Assembly (NCBI GenBank): GCA_037447605.1
Contig: CM074806.1
Coordinates: 3,906,001-3,970,000, forward strand
DNA length: 64,000 nucleotides
Source of the DNA: Zygnema circumcarinatum SAG 698-1b
Taxonomy: Eukaryota; Plantae; Zygnematophyceae
Direction of reading: 5' to 3'
The notes below the pieces were generated by a model, which was not told the DNA's origin, ran no database searches, and was given only the letters and a program-made list of their open reading frames with translations. Every line of letters begins with the position of its first letter. Positions within the stretch are counted from its first letter, which is position 1. Shown here in pieces: positions 50,159 to 63,047 of this stretch. The position numbers were made by a program, and so were the translations under genes.

Positions 50159-51021
50159 TATTTACAGTGTCCTTTTTCTGAATGTAGTGTACGTTTTCGC
50201 CGGGCAGCAAAAAAAAAGGATTTTTTTGGCGAAAAATGCTGTTTCATACTTTTCAGAATAGATACAGACCTTTTTTCGTCGGATGTACGGATGGTGATTT
50301 GAAATGTACGAAGCGAGCGCGGCTACAATGTATAAGGGCGCACACGTGGAGCGACATGATTGGTCGCGGCAACATATGACGTGACAAGTATGTTTGGGAC
50401 CGTGACGTGACGAAACGAGACGCGACAAAAGTGGAGTCCGCGGATTTCAATCGGAAATGGCGGGAATGAAAACTGACAGAAAAAGATAGGGCACATAACG
50501 TAACGTGTTTCAGAGCGCCTCTCCCCTCTTATTGGCTTCGATACGATACGATACGATACGATACGTAAGTTTCGACACGATACGTTACGATACGGTACGG
50601 TATGATACGTACGGACAAACATGAACTCTAACAGAATACCACCCGCCTATTGGTAACACGAACCTTAATATTTGCAAAATCAAGATTTTCGCCCCATATT
50701 TGCCAAAACCATGGCGAAAATATGAGGACCCCCTATACCACAAGTTAGTGTGTACCATGCGATGTCTAACTATCATATACTAACACTAACAAATTTGGGC
50801 ACACACAAAGCACGACAATGCGAGATATATGAAAAAAACTGCATTTGAAGGTCAATCATTTTGAGTGAAATTTCGAATTTTTGTACGAGAATCAAATAAC
50901 GAACACAAACCAAAAGATTTTTTGCACATACAAACGGTAACAATGTTTGACTTGCCCTAGAATCAACAATGCCCTCCCTCCCTGGTCTGCTGTCTGAGCA
51001 CAACTTTTTTTGCCTCGCACA

Positions 51022-53480
51022 TCACCCTTGTCTCCGTTGACCTTTGTACATCTTCTCATCCTCAGACTCTCCCATTCTTATGACCTTATCCCCACCAGCA
51101 CCAAAGTCTTCATCTCTGTAATGTTTCGCTCCATTTATAGGGTCTCTTTTAACAGTTATCCCTCTCTGATTTTCACTTTCTCGTTCTTTATGTCGATTGT
51201 GTCCTCGCCCACCTCCATCTTCACCGTCTCTCAACCTGCCCTCGTCATAACCCTTCGTCCTATCGGGAGACCTCCTTGAGCTCTCTCCCGGCCTCCTCTC
51301 ATCATCCTTCTCCGTCCTCATTCTTTGGGGCTCGTCAGCCTCTCTATCATTATGCACTGACTCCTTATGTCTTCTACTTCTCCCCTCCTCTCTCTCCCTC
51401 TCCTCCCCTCCTCGCCTCCTGCTACTGCTGTGCTCTCCATGCCTATCTCTCGACTCATTCAAGCTATCCAATCTTCTGCGCTTCTCCAGGCTTTGAGTCG
51501 TCCTACTCTCTTCCTCCGCCTCCTTTTTTATGCTCTTCTTGTTCGGAACAGGAATGGATGGATCTGAAAGGATGGAGAAGAGACTACCACCACTCTCCCA
51601 TGGGCTGCTTCCGAGTTTCCCCTCCGACCCACGGGCTCCTGTACTACCTCTTTCCTCCCCTTCATCGTCCCCCCATCTCCTCTTGCCTTGCTCTCCTTCC
51701 TCCTTTCCCGGTACCACTCGGGGAGGCGGGGGCAGCATGTCCCTGCTATTCTTTTCCACCCTTACCGTTTCTCGAGCAGGTGGCCCTCTCGGCCCTCTGT
51801 TTCCTTGCGGACCACCTCGCCCTCTCCCTCTTGAAGGGCCCCATTCGGAGTCGTACTTTCCAGCCCCCCCAGTGTTTGCATTCCTCTGCGATCAGAATTC
51901 AGACAAAAAAAAATGACCGTCAGACACGATGATGGCTTGTCATCATTTGATCACGATCTGCAAATAATCTGGGTTGATGTTTGACACAGTGAGGCACACA
52001 TAACATGCTGACAAGCATCTCCCCATAGTTAAAAATGTCTCCACCCTGCAAGTTATTCTGGATATCTCACGTAGAGAGGCTAAGTGCCAGGACTCGGAAC
52101 GCATTGCAAGCCCTAAAGTTACCTAAACCTCACCTGCTCATCGTGAGAATATTTGCATGTGATTCCCCGCTTGCACTCCCCTCTCTGAAACGAATGGCAA
52201 ACCCCGTTGGCCTCCCTCTGCTTTTGGAACTCCTCCTCGTCGATCTCCGCCAATCGCTTATAGTTTGCAACATGATCCACCTTCAGGATACGTCCGCTAA
52301 CTCGAGCCCCATTTAGATTATCTGCAATGAACAGCCCAACGTCGACAAGCCAACCAAAAAGCACCAACTTCAAACCAATAAGGAGCATTTCAACAGTGTA
52401 TTGCCTTAAACCAAAGCCATAGCCGTTTGACTGCGATTCATACCTGCCGCGTATCTTCTGTCAGGCCGTACTATTCCTTTCATTACACAACTCTTGCATT
52501 TTTCCCGCGCAATACCAAGGACTAAATCGCCTGCCTCTAACCAAAAAAATGGTCCTTTCCAAAGCCGTTTCATCGACTGCCTAACACGGGTCTTTAGGAC
52601 TTTGAGGGTTTTCAGACTGCTCAGCACAAATGAAGCTTATCACTGACAGGAAGGCCTCGAAATCTAAGGCTTTATGGTTAAAATGCTATTTAGAACATTT
52701 TGAGCTATTAAAATGGACAAATAGAAGGATCAACACATTTCACCCTTCCCGCTTTGTCGTTTCCTTGAAACACAAACGTCCCTCGTCTATACAATTCATG
52801 CTTTTGAGAGATGTGACACTCACCAACAGCAAGCACAGTGCTTCGCTGGTCTTCATACGCTAAAAACGCGAATCCTCGCGACTTTCCCGTCGCTCTATCC
52901 CGCACCAAATTTACATCCACTATTTCGCCATACCTGTAGCAAGGTACACGGGTCTCTCTCAACATGGGGTTTCAAACTCAACGAGAAGTGCCTGAGGTGC
53001 AAGAGAAGTTTCACAAGACTGCAGTTGACGAAAAGTACATGAAGGGCACAGCAGGCGCACAACGGTCATGAAGCCTAACCCAGGTGTAAACCTGCACTGA
53101 CGCAACCCTAACGCTAGCCCTAACCCTAAACCTAAGGTTCCTGAACCTGAAAGGGACATCGTCTATCGGAAACTCTTTACCACGTCAGCACACCCTACCT
53201 CCTGTTCTCGCCGCGCCCTCCTCCCTTCTCTCTCTCACTTTCTCTATCTTCCTCTGATTTTCTCAGGAAGAGTGGAAAAAAGGGGCGAATTTACAAGGCA
53301 AACTCACTGCGCGAAGACGGCGAGGAGATCGCCCTCCGTGAGGTCGAACGGCAGCCCTCCCACAAAGACATAGGCGGAGTCACGGTAGCGCGCGTGCCAA
53401 GAGCCTTCATCAGAGACGCCTTTGGCCACTTCCTGCGCCGATATCTTCTGTGTGTTCTTTATCTGCGTCAAGGGGTTCAT
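51022..53480 (-). CDS. RBMX2: RBMX2/IST3(Snu17)-like RRM plus CCCH zinc-finger splicing protein (RES complex)
   Basis: MNPLTQIKNTQKIS...WHARYRDSAYVFVGGLPFDLTEGDLLAVFAQ|YGEIVDVNLVRDRATGKSRGFAFLAYEDQRSTVLAV|DNLNGARVSGRILKVDHV...CHSFQRGECKRGITCKYSH, followed by a long charged tail. Confidence 0.92.
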
Positions 53481-54427
53481 GGCGCGCCACTCCCCTGCGC
53501 CTCTGCGAGCGAGACACAGAGAGTGAGAGCGAGATAGGGAGAGAGAGAGCGAGAGGCGAGGAAGGCCGAGAGAGGGAGCGGGAAATGCGGAGCAGGTCTG
53601 GGTTTGAACGAGGGAGGGAGCCTGGAGGCAGGCAGGGGGCCGGCGCGGGTTCGATACTCGGCAGCGCCAGAAAGGTGAAATTGCAGATTGTATGTGCACA
53701 GGCATATGGAAAGTCAATTTCAGCTTCAAAAAGTTGAACCGAGCTGGAGCTTAGGAGCTGAGGACCGAGCTGAAGTCCTCGGTTTGATTTTAGACTGGTT
53801 TAATTTCGCTGTGATGTCTGCATCCCAATGGGTTCGAGAATAGTTTGGGAAAACTATGGCGCGAGGAAACGTGGTTGGCTACTACTGAGCAGAACAGAGG
53901 GGGTGTGGGGGGGGACAAGAGGTTCGTCATTTAAGGATGAAGAAAGAGGAGCAGCGAGAGCAAGAGCAGGTCTCAAAGGAGATGCTGATATGCGCAAGTG
54001 AGGGCGCTTAATTAGACTATAGACCAAGTGTGTCTCATTCAATCAATTGTGAAGAATAGTAAGTCAAGAATAACACGACAATGCCTTGTGAATGACTAAA
54101 GACTACAGCATCACGCAATGGATGAATCTAAGCGTTCTCAGCCAGCCTCATTGATTGATATTGACTGCAGAAACCTGCCCATTACTATAAGTTTTCTCTT
54201 CTTCCCGGAACAGTAAGTGCTAAAGCGAGCTAGAAACCAAAAAACAAAGTAAAAGTAATAGAGGCATGCTGATGCAGCAGCCACCCTTCATTCTAAACCC
54301 TCGTGCTTCAACGCCATAGCCGTGACTCCCATTAGGTCTCCCCTGCCACCTTAGTCCAGGTAATGGCTTGACCCCCCCCCCTCGCCGTCAAGCACAGCTT
54401 GATTCTTATTCGAAGGCAGAGGGTCAC

Positions 54428-57411
54428 TCAGTCATAGAGCCCCTCCTGATCCCACACGTCCACAAGGAAATCCACCATTTCCTGCACAGCGTTCACATCC
54501 AAATAACCGCATCACTCACTTGCAGTAGTGAAGGGGGTCAAGAGATGCAGAAAAAATAAGATCTCTTCATAACTAACAGCTGCATATCTCCTTGTAGCTC
54601 GCTCGCCCTGATCCATCTCTCTACGTGCAAATTCAAAGCAAGAAGTCTCGTGACAAAAGCCACATACGGACTGCAGTGTCTTCAACATGTCAGTAAAGAA
54701 GAGTCTGATTGATACACCACTAAACTTTTTGTGGACAACCCCAAATCGTCCTCCCGACCAGCCAATGCATCCACCCAAATGATGCAAAAGACTGCGAAAA
54801 TAGGAAAAGGTCCCACCACTGATGGGAAAAAAAAAAACCAATGGCTTAATTACCCGCAAAGGCACAGGCTGAGGGAAGGGTCGGCTCGTCGCTAGCAGAT
54901 CTTCATATGTGGCATCAGAACTGTACCAGAAAGAGCACCGACAGACAGGTAAAACAAATGGCCAAAGCTGACTTGCAACGAATGCCTCCATCACATGTTC
55001 TCTGCTTCAAGTTCCATAAACAGAATGGCCCTTGTAAAACTCAAACGGGAAGTCGCAATTGAGTTGAGAAGGCAGAGCTTGCCATGGTCGTGGTAATGGT
55101 AGAATAACCCCTACAGTGAGCGGACGAATGCACAAGAATGCACTCCCTTCTCTTGAAGGTCATCACCGCAAGGAAAAGAGGAACTCACCTGATGCATGCA
55201 CCTCTGGGCGGTCTGCGATGCCTCGATCGAGAACCCACCCACTGATGCCGTCGATCGTTCCATAGAATAAGTGCTGCAGCAGCATCCAACCATCCCATAA
55301 GGCCTAGGAATGACTAGTGAACAAATAGCTACTCATATATGGATCACCTTCAGGTATATAGAAGAGAGACGACGTGAAGATCTATCTTTCAAAAACTAAT
55401 AGCAGTTTAAAACTGTTGGAAGCATAGCTTGGAGTTACGAGGCACATCTATCAAAGGTACGGCATGGGCTTCTGTTTTTAGTGAACATAAGGTACTACTC
55501 CCTTAGACAGAGCAGCATATATCCATCCTTCATGGCCTAGACCATCTTGTAACACCTGCTGTTTTTTAATATGCTAAATTTGATTGTCTCCTTTGTCGCC
55601 TAAAACAAAGGATCACACTACAGGATTTAATGATGTAAAGCACGGACATTAAGCACCTCAGTCTCAGATGTTTCATTAAAAGCAAATCATAAGTATTCGT
55701 ATGGACGTTTTAAATCCCCTGCGATTGGACAGGCATCGACTCTCGTCAGAACTAAACGCATTGGAAACGCACAAAGGCAGGCTATATGATCCCTTAACGA
55801 AAATGATGGTCATAGCCAAGGACTTGGCCTACTCTTGCACCAAAGCTACCATCTCTCAAACTACTTCTGCCAGCAGCATCCACCTAGATTACCTACCCCA
55901 GTTCCTTCATTCCATACTAGAACAAGCCACATCAGCCTCTCCTACTTCCTTCCCAATTCCATACTCGTCTCAAAAGTACCTCTTGAACTTACACCTTTTC
56001 CCTCCCCTCTTATCCACGAAAGCAACCACACTCGCACACACCGTGGTTCACAAACTCGCCCGAAGTCGCATTTCCCAAAGCCCCCACCGTCGCCTGCATT
56101 GGAGTGGAACTCCCACTGAGTGGTGCAGAGGGTGCGGCTGCGGAGGCACGTTCTGTCCCCCCTCTTGAAGTTGCTTCCCGCTCCATCTCATCGGAGCTGC
56201 CGCTCCACCACTCGCCCGGGGGGTGAGCCAGGGCCTGCACAGGCTGGCTCTGCTCCCCCCCCCTTGGAGGGCCCCTCTTGCGTTTCGATTTTAGGTCAGT
56301 CGCGGAAACTCCCTTCCCCTGCTCCGCACCCCCAATACACGTACTGCATCCAGTAGAGAAGAGAGAAAAGCAGACATGAGGTGGTAGCATCAGGGAGTGG
56401 CATAAAGGAACGAGAATGCAGAAAGAGGAGGTATGGGAATAGATGATGCTAACCCTAACTGACCTATGAGGAGGAGGAATTGTTTCAACGTGATCAGGAA
56501 CGTGCTAGCAGCCATTTGTTGATTGATTCCATTTGCTAGGTCAAGACACTGACTCCAACTGAAAGAAAAGCTAAAAAGTCACCAATACCAAACCCAGCGG
56601 ACATTCCAAAATCACTCCTTGACTGAAGGAAGATAAACTAGGCCATAGCCTGCCATCCAAGCAGGGAATCAGCCTCAGGGGAACAGCAGGAGGGGATGAT
56701 GCAAGGAACAAAGAAATACAGCAGGAGAATTCTGAATGGGAAAACACATGACTTGGAAAGTCAATGTTTCATCAAACAGCCTATGCGGAATAGAACTAGC
56801 TACAAGTGAATTTACCAGAAGTCGCAGCAGAAGCTGAAATGCAGGGTCATAAGTTAAGGACTTATTACCCAATCAAACCGGCAGCAACCATGAGTAAGGC
56901 ACAAAAAATGATGCTTCTCTTCAAAAAGAGCAGGTTTTCACACCTCACATTCATTTGGAATCTCTTTATACCTCGTTCCTCTCTCCCTGCCTTCCTTCTC
57001 TCCCTTCCCCGCCAATCTCCCCATGCTTCCCGTCGCTCTTATTTTTCAAGATTTTCCTCTTTTGCCCTCACTCTGCCTTCCTCTGCATTCTTTGACAATC
57101 CTCTCTCTCCCTCCTATCCCTCCTGCACTTTCTATCACGCCCCTAGATCGCTCACTTTCCACATCTCTAATTTTCTCCCCCCCCTCTCTCTCCCCCTCTT
57201 CTTTCTCTCTCCTCACACCCCCTTGTCCCTCCACACCCCTTTCTCACACTCCCTACCGTACCCTTCCTCCTCCCCCGCCCCGTCATATCTCCCTCTCTCT
57301 CTCTATCTCTATCTCGCCCTCTCTATCACTCCAACTCTCTCACACACACACATACACACACCTGAATAGGGTGCCTATAGCGTTCGACGCCAGTACAGCA
57401 GCACCAGCCAT
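54428..57411 (-). CDS. DUF4050 (Gag1-like) family protein
   Basis: MAGAAVLASNAIGTLF|STCIGG...GEWWSGSSDEME...EFVNH|ALILWNDRRHQWVG...CIS|SDATYEDLLATSRPFPQPVPLR|EMVDFLVDVWDQEGLYD*. All junctions are phase-compatible. Confidence 0.85.
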
Positions 57412-57885
57412 GCAGCAGCGCCACCTCCCGGGGCGCGCCCTTTCACCCCCCGCCCCCCCTACCGCATCCTCCTCCGCCCCTCTCCTCCGCCTGTCTCGCC
57501 CTCTCACGAGCGGAAGATCCCCACCACGCGCCTTTTACTGCCACATACAGCAGCACTGCACGCCCAGGAGGAGCAGCGACACACAGAAAAGAGAAAGGGG
57601 TGGTCCCGAAGTAGCTCCCCGACAGGAAATTTTCCTCTCTGCCCCCAGCAACCCTAAAAAACCACCCTGCACTGCCCCCAGCAACCCTAAAAAACCACCC
57701 TGCACTGCCCCCAGCTCTGTTACGAAAAGAAACTACTTTACTTTACGCAATCCCTCGCCCAGCGCTACACCCTCGCCGCCGGGAAGCGCAGGGGAACCTT
57801 AGTCTGTGTCTGTGAGGCGGCCCTCGGCCCTTCCCTTCCCCTTGCACAGCCCCCACCGCAGTCCAAAGCAGCGCAGCCGCAGGGC

Positions 57886-57887
<2 letters not shown>

Positions 57888-57978
<91 letters not shown>
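57888..57978. repeat. (GA)n microsatellite, about 45 units
   Basis: Uninterrupted GA run. Confidence 0.95.
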
Positions 57979-57981
<3 letters not shown>

Positions 57982-58589
57982 GTCGCTAGAGCGGCCCTGC
58001 CAGCCAGCGCTCAAAACGTTTCTTTTCTTTTCTTTTTCTTTCAAGGAAAGGGCAGCGAGAAAAGGCTGCCGGCCAAGGGGAGAAACGTCAGGTTCAAGAA
58101 ACGTGGGGGGGGGGGAGCACGGGACTGGTTTTTGGAAACAAACTAGTTTTTAGGGCTCCACGTCAAATGCTGGTTCCTTGCCCATGTTTTTCGTCCTCAA
58201 TGTTGCAAACTCAGCCCGATTCAGGTTTTTTATCAAAAACCAGGAGCCGCCCCGCACCTGCGGTTCCAGTTTGAAGCTAGCAAGGAGGTCGGACTGAAGA
58301 TGGCGACAAAAACGGATCTTCCAATAATAGCACGTCACGTGGCAGCCATTTCTTCTCTCATTGGCTGTCATGGCCGCAGGTCAATTTTTTTGCTCATTTT
58401 GGTCGCCAGGTGGAAATTTCGTTACCTTTTTTACCATAAGATTTTTTTTTTTTCCCCCTAAAAATAAAGGTGACGCGGAGTTGACTGAAATTTCTGCCGG
58501 CGGCGGCATAGGTCCGTACCGTACGGACACGCTTGGCCTCTGCAGAGTCGGCTGCGGGTAACGACAAAAGGGGCGACTGAAAGTAGCGG

Positions 58590-58651
58590 CTGACTGACTG
58601 ACTGACTGACTGACTGACTGACTGACTGACTGACTGACTGACTGACTGACT
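58590..58651. repeat. (GACT)n microsatellite, about 15 units
   Basis: Uninterrupted ctgactgact... run. Confidence 0.95.
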
Positions 58652-59481
58652 AGGTTTTATGGTATGGGTTTTTTTTTCTTTGTAGTGTATCTAGACAAAA
58701 AAGGTGTGTAAATAGTAATTCCCTTAATATATTATTCCAACAGATGGAGATGACGGGTCCTAAAGCTTTCCCAGCACTTGATGTGAATAGGCGACAGTCG
58801 GTCTACAGAACTCGGCTTTCAGCAACGGAGCAACCGTGAGTGCCAGATCCATGAATGACCAGAGAGAAGAACTTGAATTTTTTTAAGATTGCGAGGATCA
58901 TTGCTCAACAGCATGAACAACAGAACATGGAATTCATGCGCGCGCTTCACCGGAGCAGCGCAAGTGGCTCTTACAATTGGACTGTACACCTAGGAACGAA
59001 GGGAAAGGAAAAAAAACAGCTGACATCTACACTCGCTCCCGCTCTCACGAGCTCGCGAGCTCGCCCTCTCCCTCTCTTTCTCTCTCTCTCTCCCGCCCCC
59101 CCTGTCTCCCTCTCCATCTCTCTATCATCCGTAGTTCATAACCCCTAAGCACTTGCCTTCGCTCTCCGTCCTCCCACCGCGCGCTATCTCATCCTTCCTT
59201 CCCAAAAGCCTTGCGAAGCTAGGTCCCATCGCACAAGCCCCCTCTCACTCGCTACATTGCAAGGCCAACTGCAGCAGAGTAGAAGAACTAGACATTGTAT
59301 GGCTACAGAGCTCCTGTCCCCCTCCAATCTCTCTCCTCTTGTATATACACAGACGAATTACACACACCGCTGTTTTCCTAGATGGAGGTACTCAGCTCCT
59401 TAATAAAACCAGCGCTCCTTTAACCTCGACGACCCTCACTTTCTGCCCATGCACCATTCCTCTTCTCCTTCTCGCCTTGCG

Positions 59482-61902
59482 TTATCTTCCCTGGGAAGGT
59501 GCTCTCATAGCCATGGCTGCCACATAAGCATGATTCAGGGCTTGCTGCGCTTTCACCTTCATCAATCTGTGCATGAACTGATCTCTGGACAATGCACGTA
59601 TATGCCTCAGATACATCTCCACTGACAATAGCCGTCGCTCATTGTCATCTTCCTGGACCGCCTTTTCCAAGGAATAAAGAATATCTTCGATTGCTAAGTC
59701 AGCACAGCTCGCTTCCAGCATCTGCATCGACAATACATCAGCTGGCTCGAACGCTGCATCGATGTCCAACTCTACCGTTTCTCTGTCGTTAGCCTTCAGC
59801 CAGTCTTCTAAGACGTCTGCATTTGTCAACATAACCTGAATGCGGAGAAACCAGCAAAAAATGGTAAGGATGCAAGAAAAATGGGCTGTATTCAAGAGCT
59901 TGCAACCCTAATTCCTTCCATTCAACTCGGTATGCCAATTCTACCGCTTGCAAGGTGATACTTCCGCACGGTTGTGTAAAGGACATAGCTTGTACCAGTC
60001 TTGTGTCCAACTACCGCCAGCAGCCATTCAAACAAAAGAACGACAGGATCTCCGCAACTGAATTCGACAAAAATACTACGGAATCTACTAACTACCGCAG
60101 CTGATATCCTCAGCCCATTTCCCTTCACCTTCAGAGTTACCTTCCGCCAAAGCTCTAAACGGACTCAATTATCTTTCCTTCGTTAATCCCAGGCTCATGA
60201 CTGTTGATCAAATTAACTGCGCGGGCCATGATGTCCTTCGCTTACCTGCAACTGATGCTCCAGCGCCTCCTTCTCCCTGTTCAACTCTCTCAAACCCCTA
60301 TCAATCGCTTCCGCTCGTTGATTCAGCAGTTGCTGGTTGCTTATCTGTTGCTCCAAGTCTTGTAGTGTGTCTTTATTAAGCCTTTGAATATCTTGTTGTA
60401 GCTTCTCTGTCAATGTATTGATCGCCTTACGCCTGAAGATCGTCTCAGGATCTTCTTGTGGCGGAGGCGGCTTTTGGTAAACGTTCTGATATACCGGCTG
60501 CGCTTTTGCCGTGCTGGCATATACCGGCTGGACTTTTGCCGTGCTGGCATAGAGCGGTGGTTCAAATCCAAACATAGAGGAGCAAACCTGCACTAGTTCT
60601 ACTAAGTTGGATCTTGGAAAAAGCCATTCCCTCAAATATGGAACATTCACGAGCCCCGATGCGTCAACAAAAGGATGTCGTGCTTGGATAATCATGTCTT
60701 GAGTAGGAACTACATAAAAAAGAGGGGGAGTTTTGGGAAATCCGTCCAATAGCCATAACTTCACCGGTATGTTGTAAGTAGCGGACTGGTAGTACATAGG
60801 AATCGTCCCAAGCAATCGCAGGAGCTTGGCAGATCGACCATCATTGAAGATGAACGATTCAGGCTTTAACTGCAAAAATGCAGACCAAATTCACCAGAAA
60901 AAAATGGAAGTGAGCTTCACAAAAATAGAACCATCATATCATTTTGCCGGTATATTCTAAGTTGCTCAAAAAAAATCGTAGTAGCCCATAAATAAAAGAG
61001 TTTGATTAGTTTAGTTAAACAAAATTTCTTTAAAGCATGCAAACATGAAGAAATCCGATATACAAAACGAATACAGAGAAATTCCTGCGAATTCGCCACC
61101 TTTATGCTTAACACTATGGCATGACTCACATTGATAATTTAAAATATTGTGCAGTCCTAGTACTTCAAATTCACTCTTTACGAAAAAAAAGATCCTCCTA
61201 TATGATGGAAGGGTTAGGAAGAGCAGCGGAATCAGCTTGTTTAGCCCCAACCAAAAGTTGAAGGACAAGTGGAAAGTACGCCATGCCATGCAAACTCAGC
61301 GCTGGATATAAAGTAGGTGCCTTATACTGCACGCTCAAATCCTCTATGAGCGATGGGCAGACACATCCAAGGCAAAGTGATGAAACCCCCCGAGACAAAG
61401 CAAGAATTGTGCATTTCCACAGCACAAGCACGTAGAAACCCTCTTCTATGATGCATGCATCCCCGTCTGGGGACCAGAGAGGATATATGTAGAACAAGCA
61501 GCGCGAACCCTTGAACCACCAAAAATTCAGCTAAAGGAAAAAATCAGATTCAGCGCAGTAGAAGCTGGGACCTCCATACTGGGCGCCCATTTTAGCCTCA
61601 ATTTCAACCATATATTTTGGTATATCTGCCTCTCTGACGACCAAAGAGTGACAAGAGGCCAGGCAGAAGAGACAAGAGAATAATGGTTAACATCCACAAT
61701 GATTTGAATCCTAAAATAAAACACTAGATATACATACCTCCAGAGTGGGAAACTCCTGCATGACGGCGCAAAGTTGCTGCCGTATAGACCACTTCGAACT
61801 CTCTTCATACGGAAGGGCACCCGGCCCTCCCTGTGACAACATACTGTTCAGAAACTGCATGATCGCGGCCTGCGGCTGATGCCCATTCATTGCGATCGCC
61901 AT
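59482..61902 (-). CDS. ELC: ESCRT-I subunit ELC/VPS23/TSG101
   Basis: QFLNSMLSQGGPGALPYEESSKWSIRQQL, UEV domain FNDGRSAKLLRLLGTIPMYYQSATYNIPV...HPFVDASGLVNVPYL, a coiled coil, and steadiness box DLAIEDILYSLEKA...YLRHIRALSRDQF. Three exons. Confidence 0.93.
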
Positions 61903-62439
61903 GGCTGCAGAGCCCTAAGGGCGGAGGAAGAAAATTTCAGGATATGAAAGCAACAGGGAAGAACATATATGTCTGTGTCAATCAATACGAATAAAATCTG
62001 CACAAATTTGCTGCTTATCAAAGTAAAAAGTGCGGTACAGCCGTGTCTCCAAACCCTACAAGCAGCAGGCGGAGGGAGGATAGAGGAAGGCACGAATTGA
62101 AGGGCCCCTTCAGGAGGATGCACGAGGTGGGGAGCCGTACTGTACGAACGACGCGTGTGAATACGGCCCTTTTACTGGCGGCTACAAAATTAGTTCCCTT
62201 CAGAAACCCGCACCTGTCACGGTGGGATCCGATTGACGGAACGTGTGAGGAGTGGTCGTGATTGGCTGCCCGCTGAGGAGTTTTGCTGAGGAGCACACGT
62301 GGCAATAAGTTCGGCGTTTCGGCGTCGGTCAAAGTATGAGGAGCTCGGACCACGCGGAAGGCGCGGATTGGGCGCCACATGTGATGGGGCTGTTAAGCGT
62401 ATTATTGCGAAACCCGTTATACGACGATTTCTGATCGCG

Positions 62440-62631
62440 ACAATTTCCGTCGCGGCTGCTTTCAGGAGGACTTGAAGCGTGGTTGAGCCTAGGCGTAGGT
62501 TTTTGCTTCGAGCTTTTTTCTTGTGAGCTTGGGTTCTTTGCGACCACCTCTGCGTGGTTCCCCATGATGCTGATGTTGGCCATGTACATTTGATGGCATC
62601 ATCGCCATCGTGAGATCAATGCCACATCACT
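62440..62631 (-). other. Dispersed hairpin element, copy 5, with 39-aa small ORF (62489-62608)
   Basis: Minus strand reads MAMMPSNVHGQHQHHGEPRRGGRKEPKLTRKKLEAKTYA*. Same hairpin and start context as copy 4. Confidence 0.6.
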
Positions 62632-63047
62632 CACAATTTGTGATCATTCACAGATATAGCATTTACATAGATTCTGTTTACAGTTGCGTAGAGACATGGA
62701 AGGGCAACAAGGTCTGATTCTGCAAGCAAGGGCATGTGAGACTTGCAAATTTCGAACGAATGTGTTTTCTTTCAAGGGGTAGAGAAAGATTTAACGAGCT
62801 GGATTTGGTGGTTCTTAGTAACCAGAGGAACTTACAAAAAAAAAAAAAAAAACGGGGAAAAAAAAACAGTAGTAGAGGCTTTTGTTTGTCCTGTAACCGC
62901 TCACATCCACAAGCAGGTCTCGTTCTGATGGGAATGCAGGAAGAAGGATGATGATTACCATTATTTCCGATCTTGGTGGACTTTCACAAGCTGTGAATCT
63001 CTGCTTCTGCTCTTCCGCTTTTGCAGCTTTCGCACAGATACTTGTAG

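Noticed and set aside
51276-51932. 218-aa plus-strand ORF
   Set aside because: Antisense shadow of the charged RBMX2 tail.
53635-53670. tRNA/SINE-like B-box (gcgggttcgatactcgg)
   Set aside because: There is no matching acceptor stem, D arm or anticodon arm, and it lies in the RBMX2 upstream region.
57023-57802. 259-aa and 187-aa plus-strand ORFs
   Set aside because: Products of CT-rich low-complexity sequence antisense to the DUF4050 first exon and intron, with no domain features.
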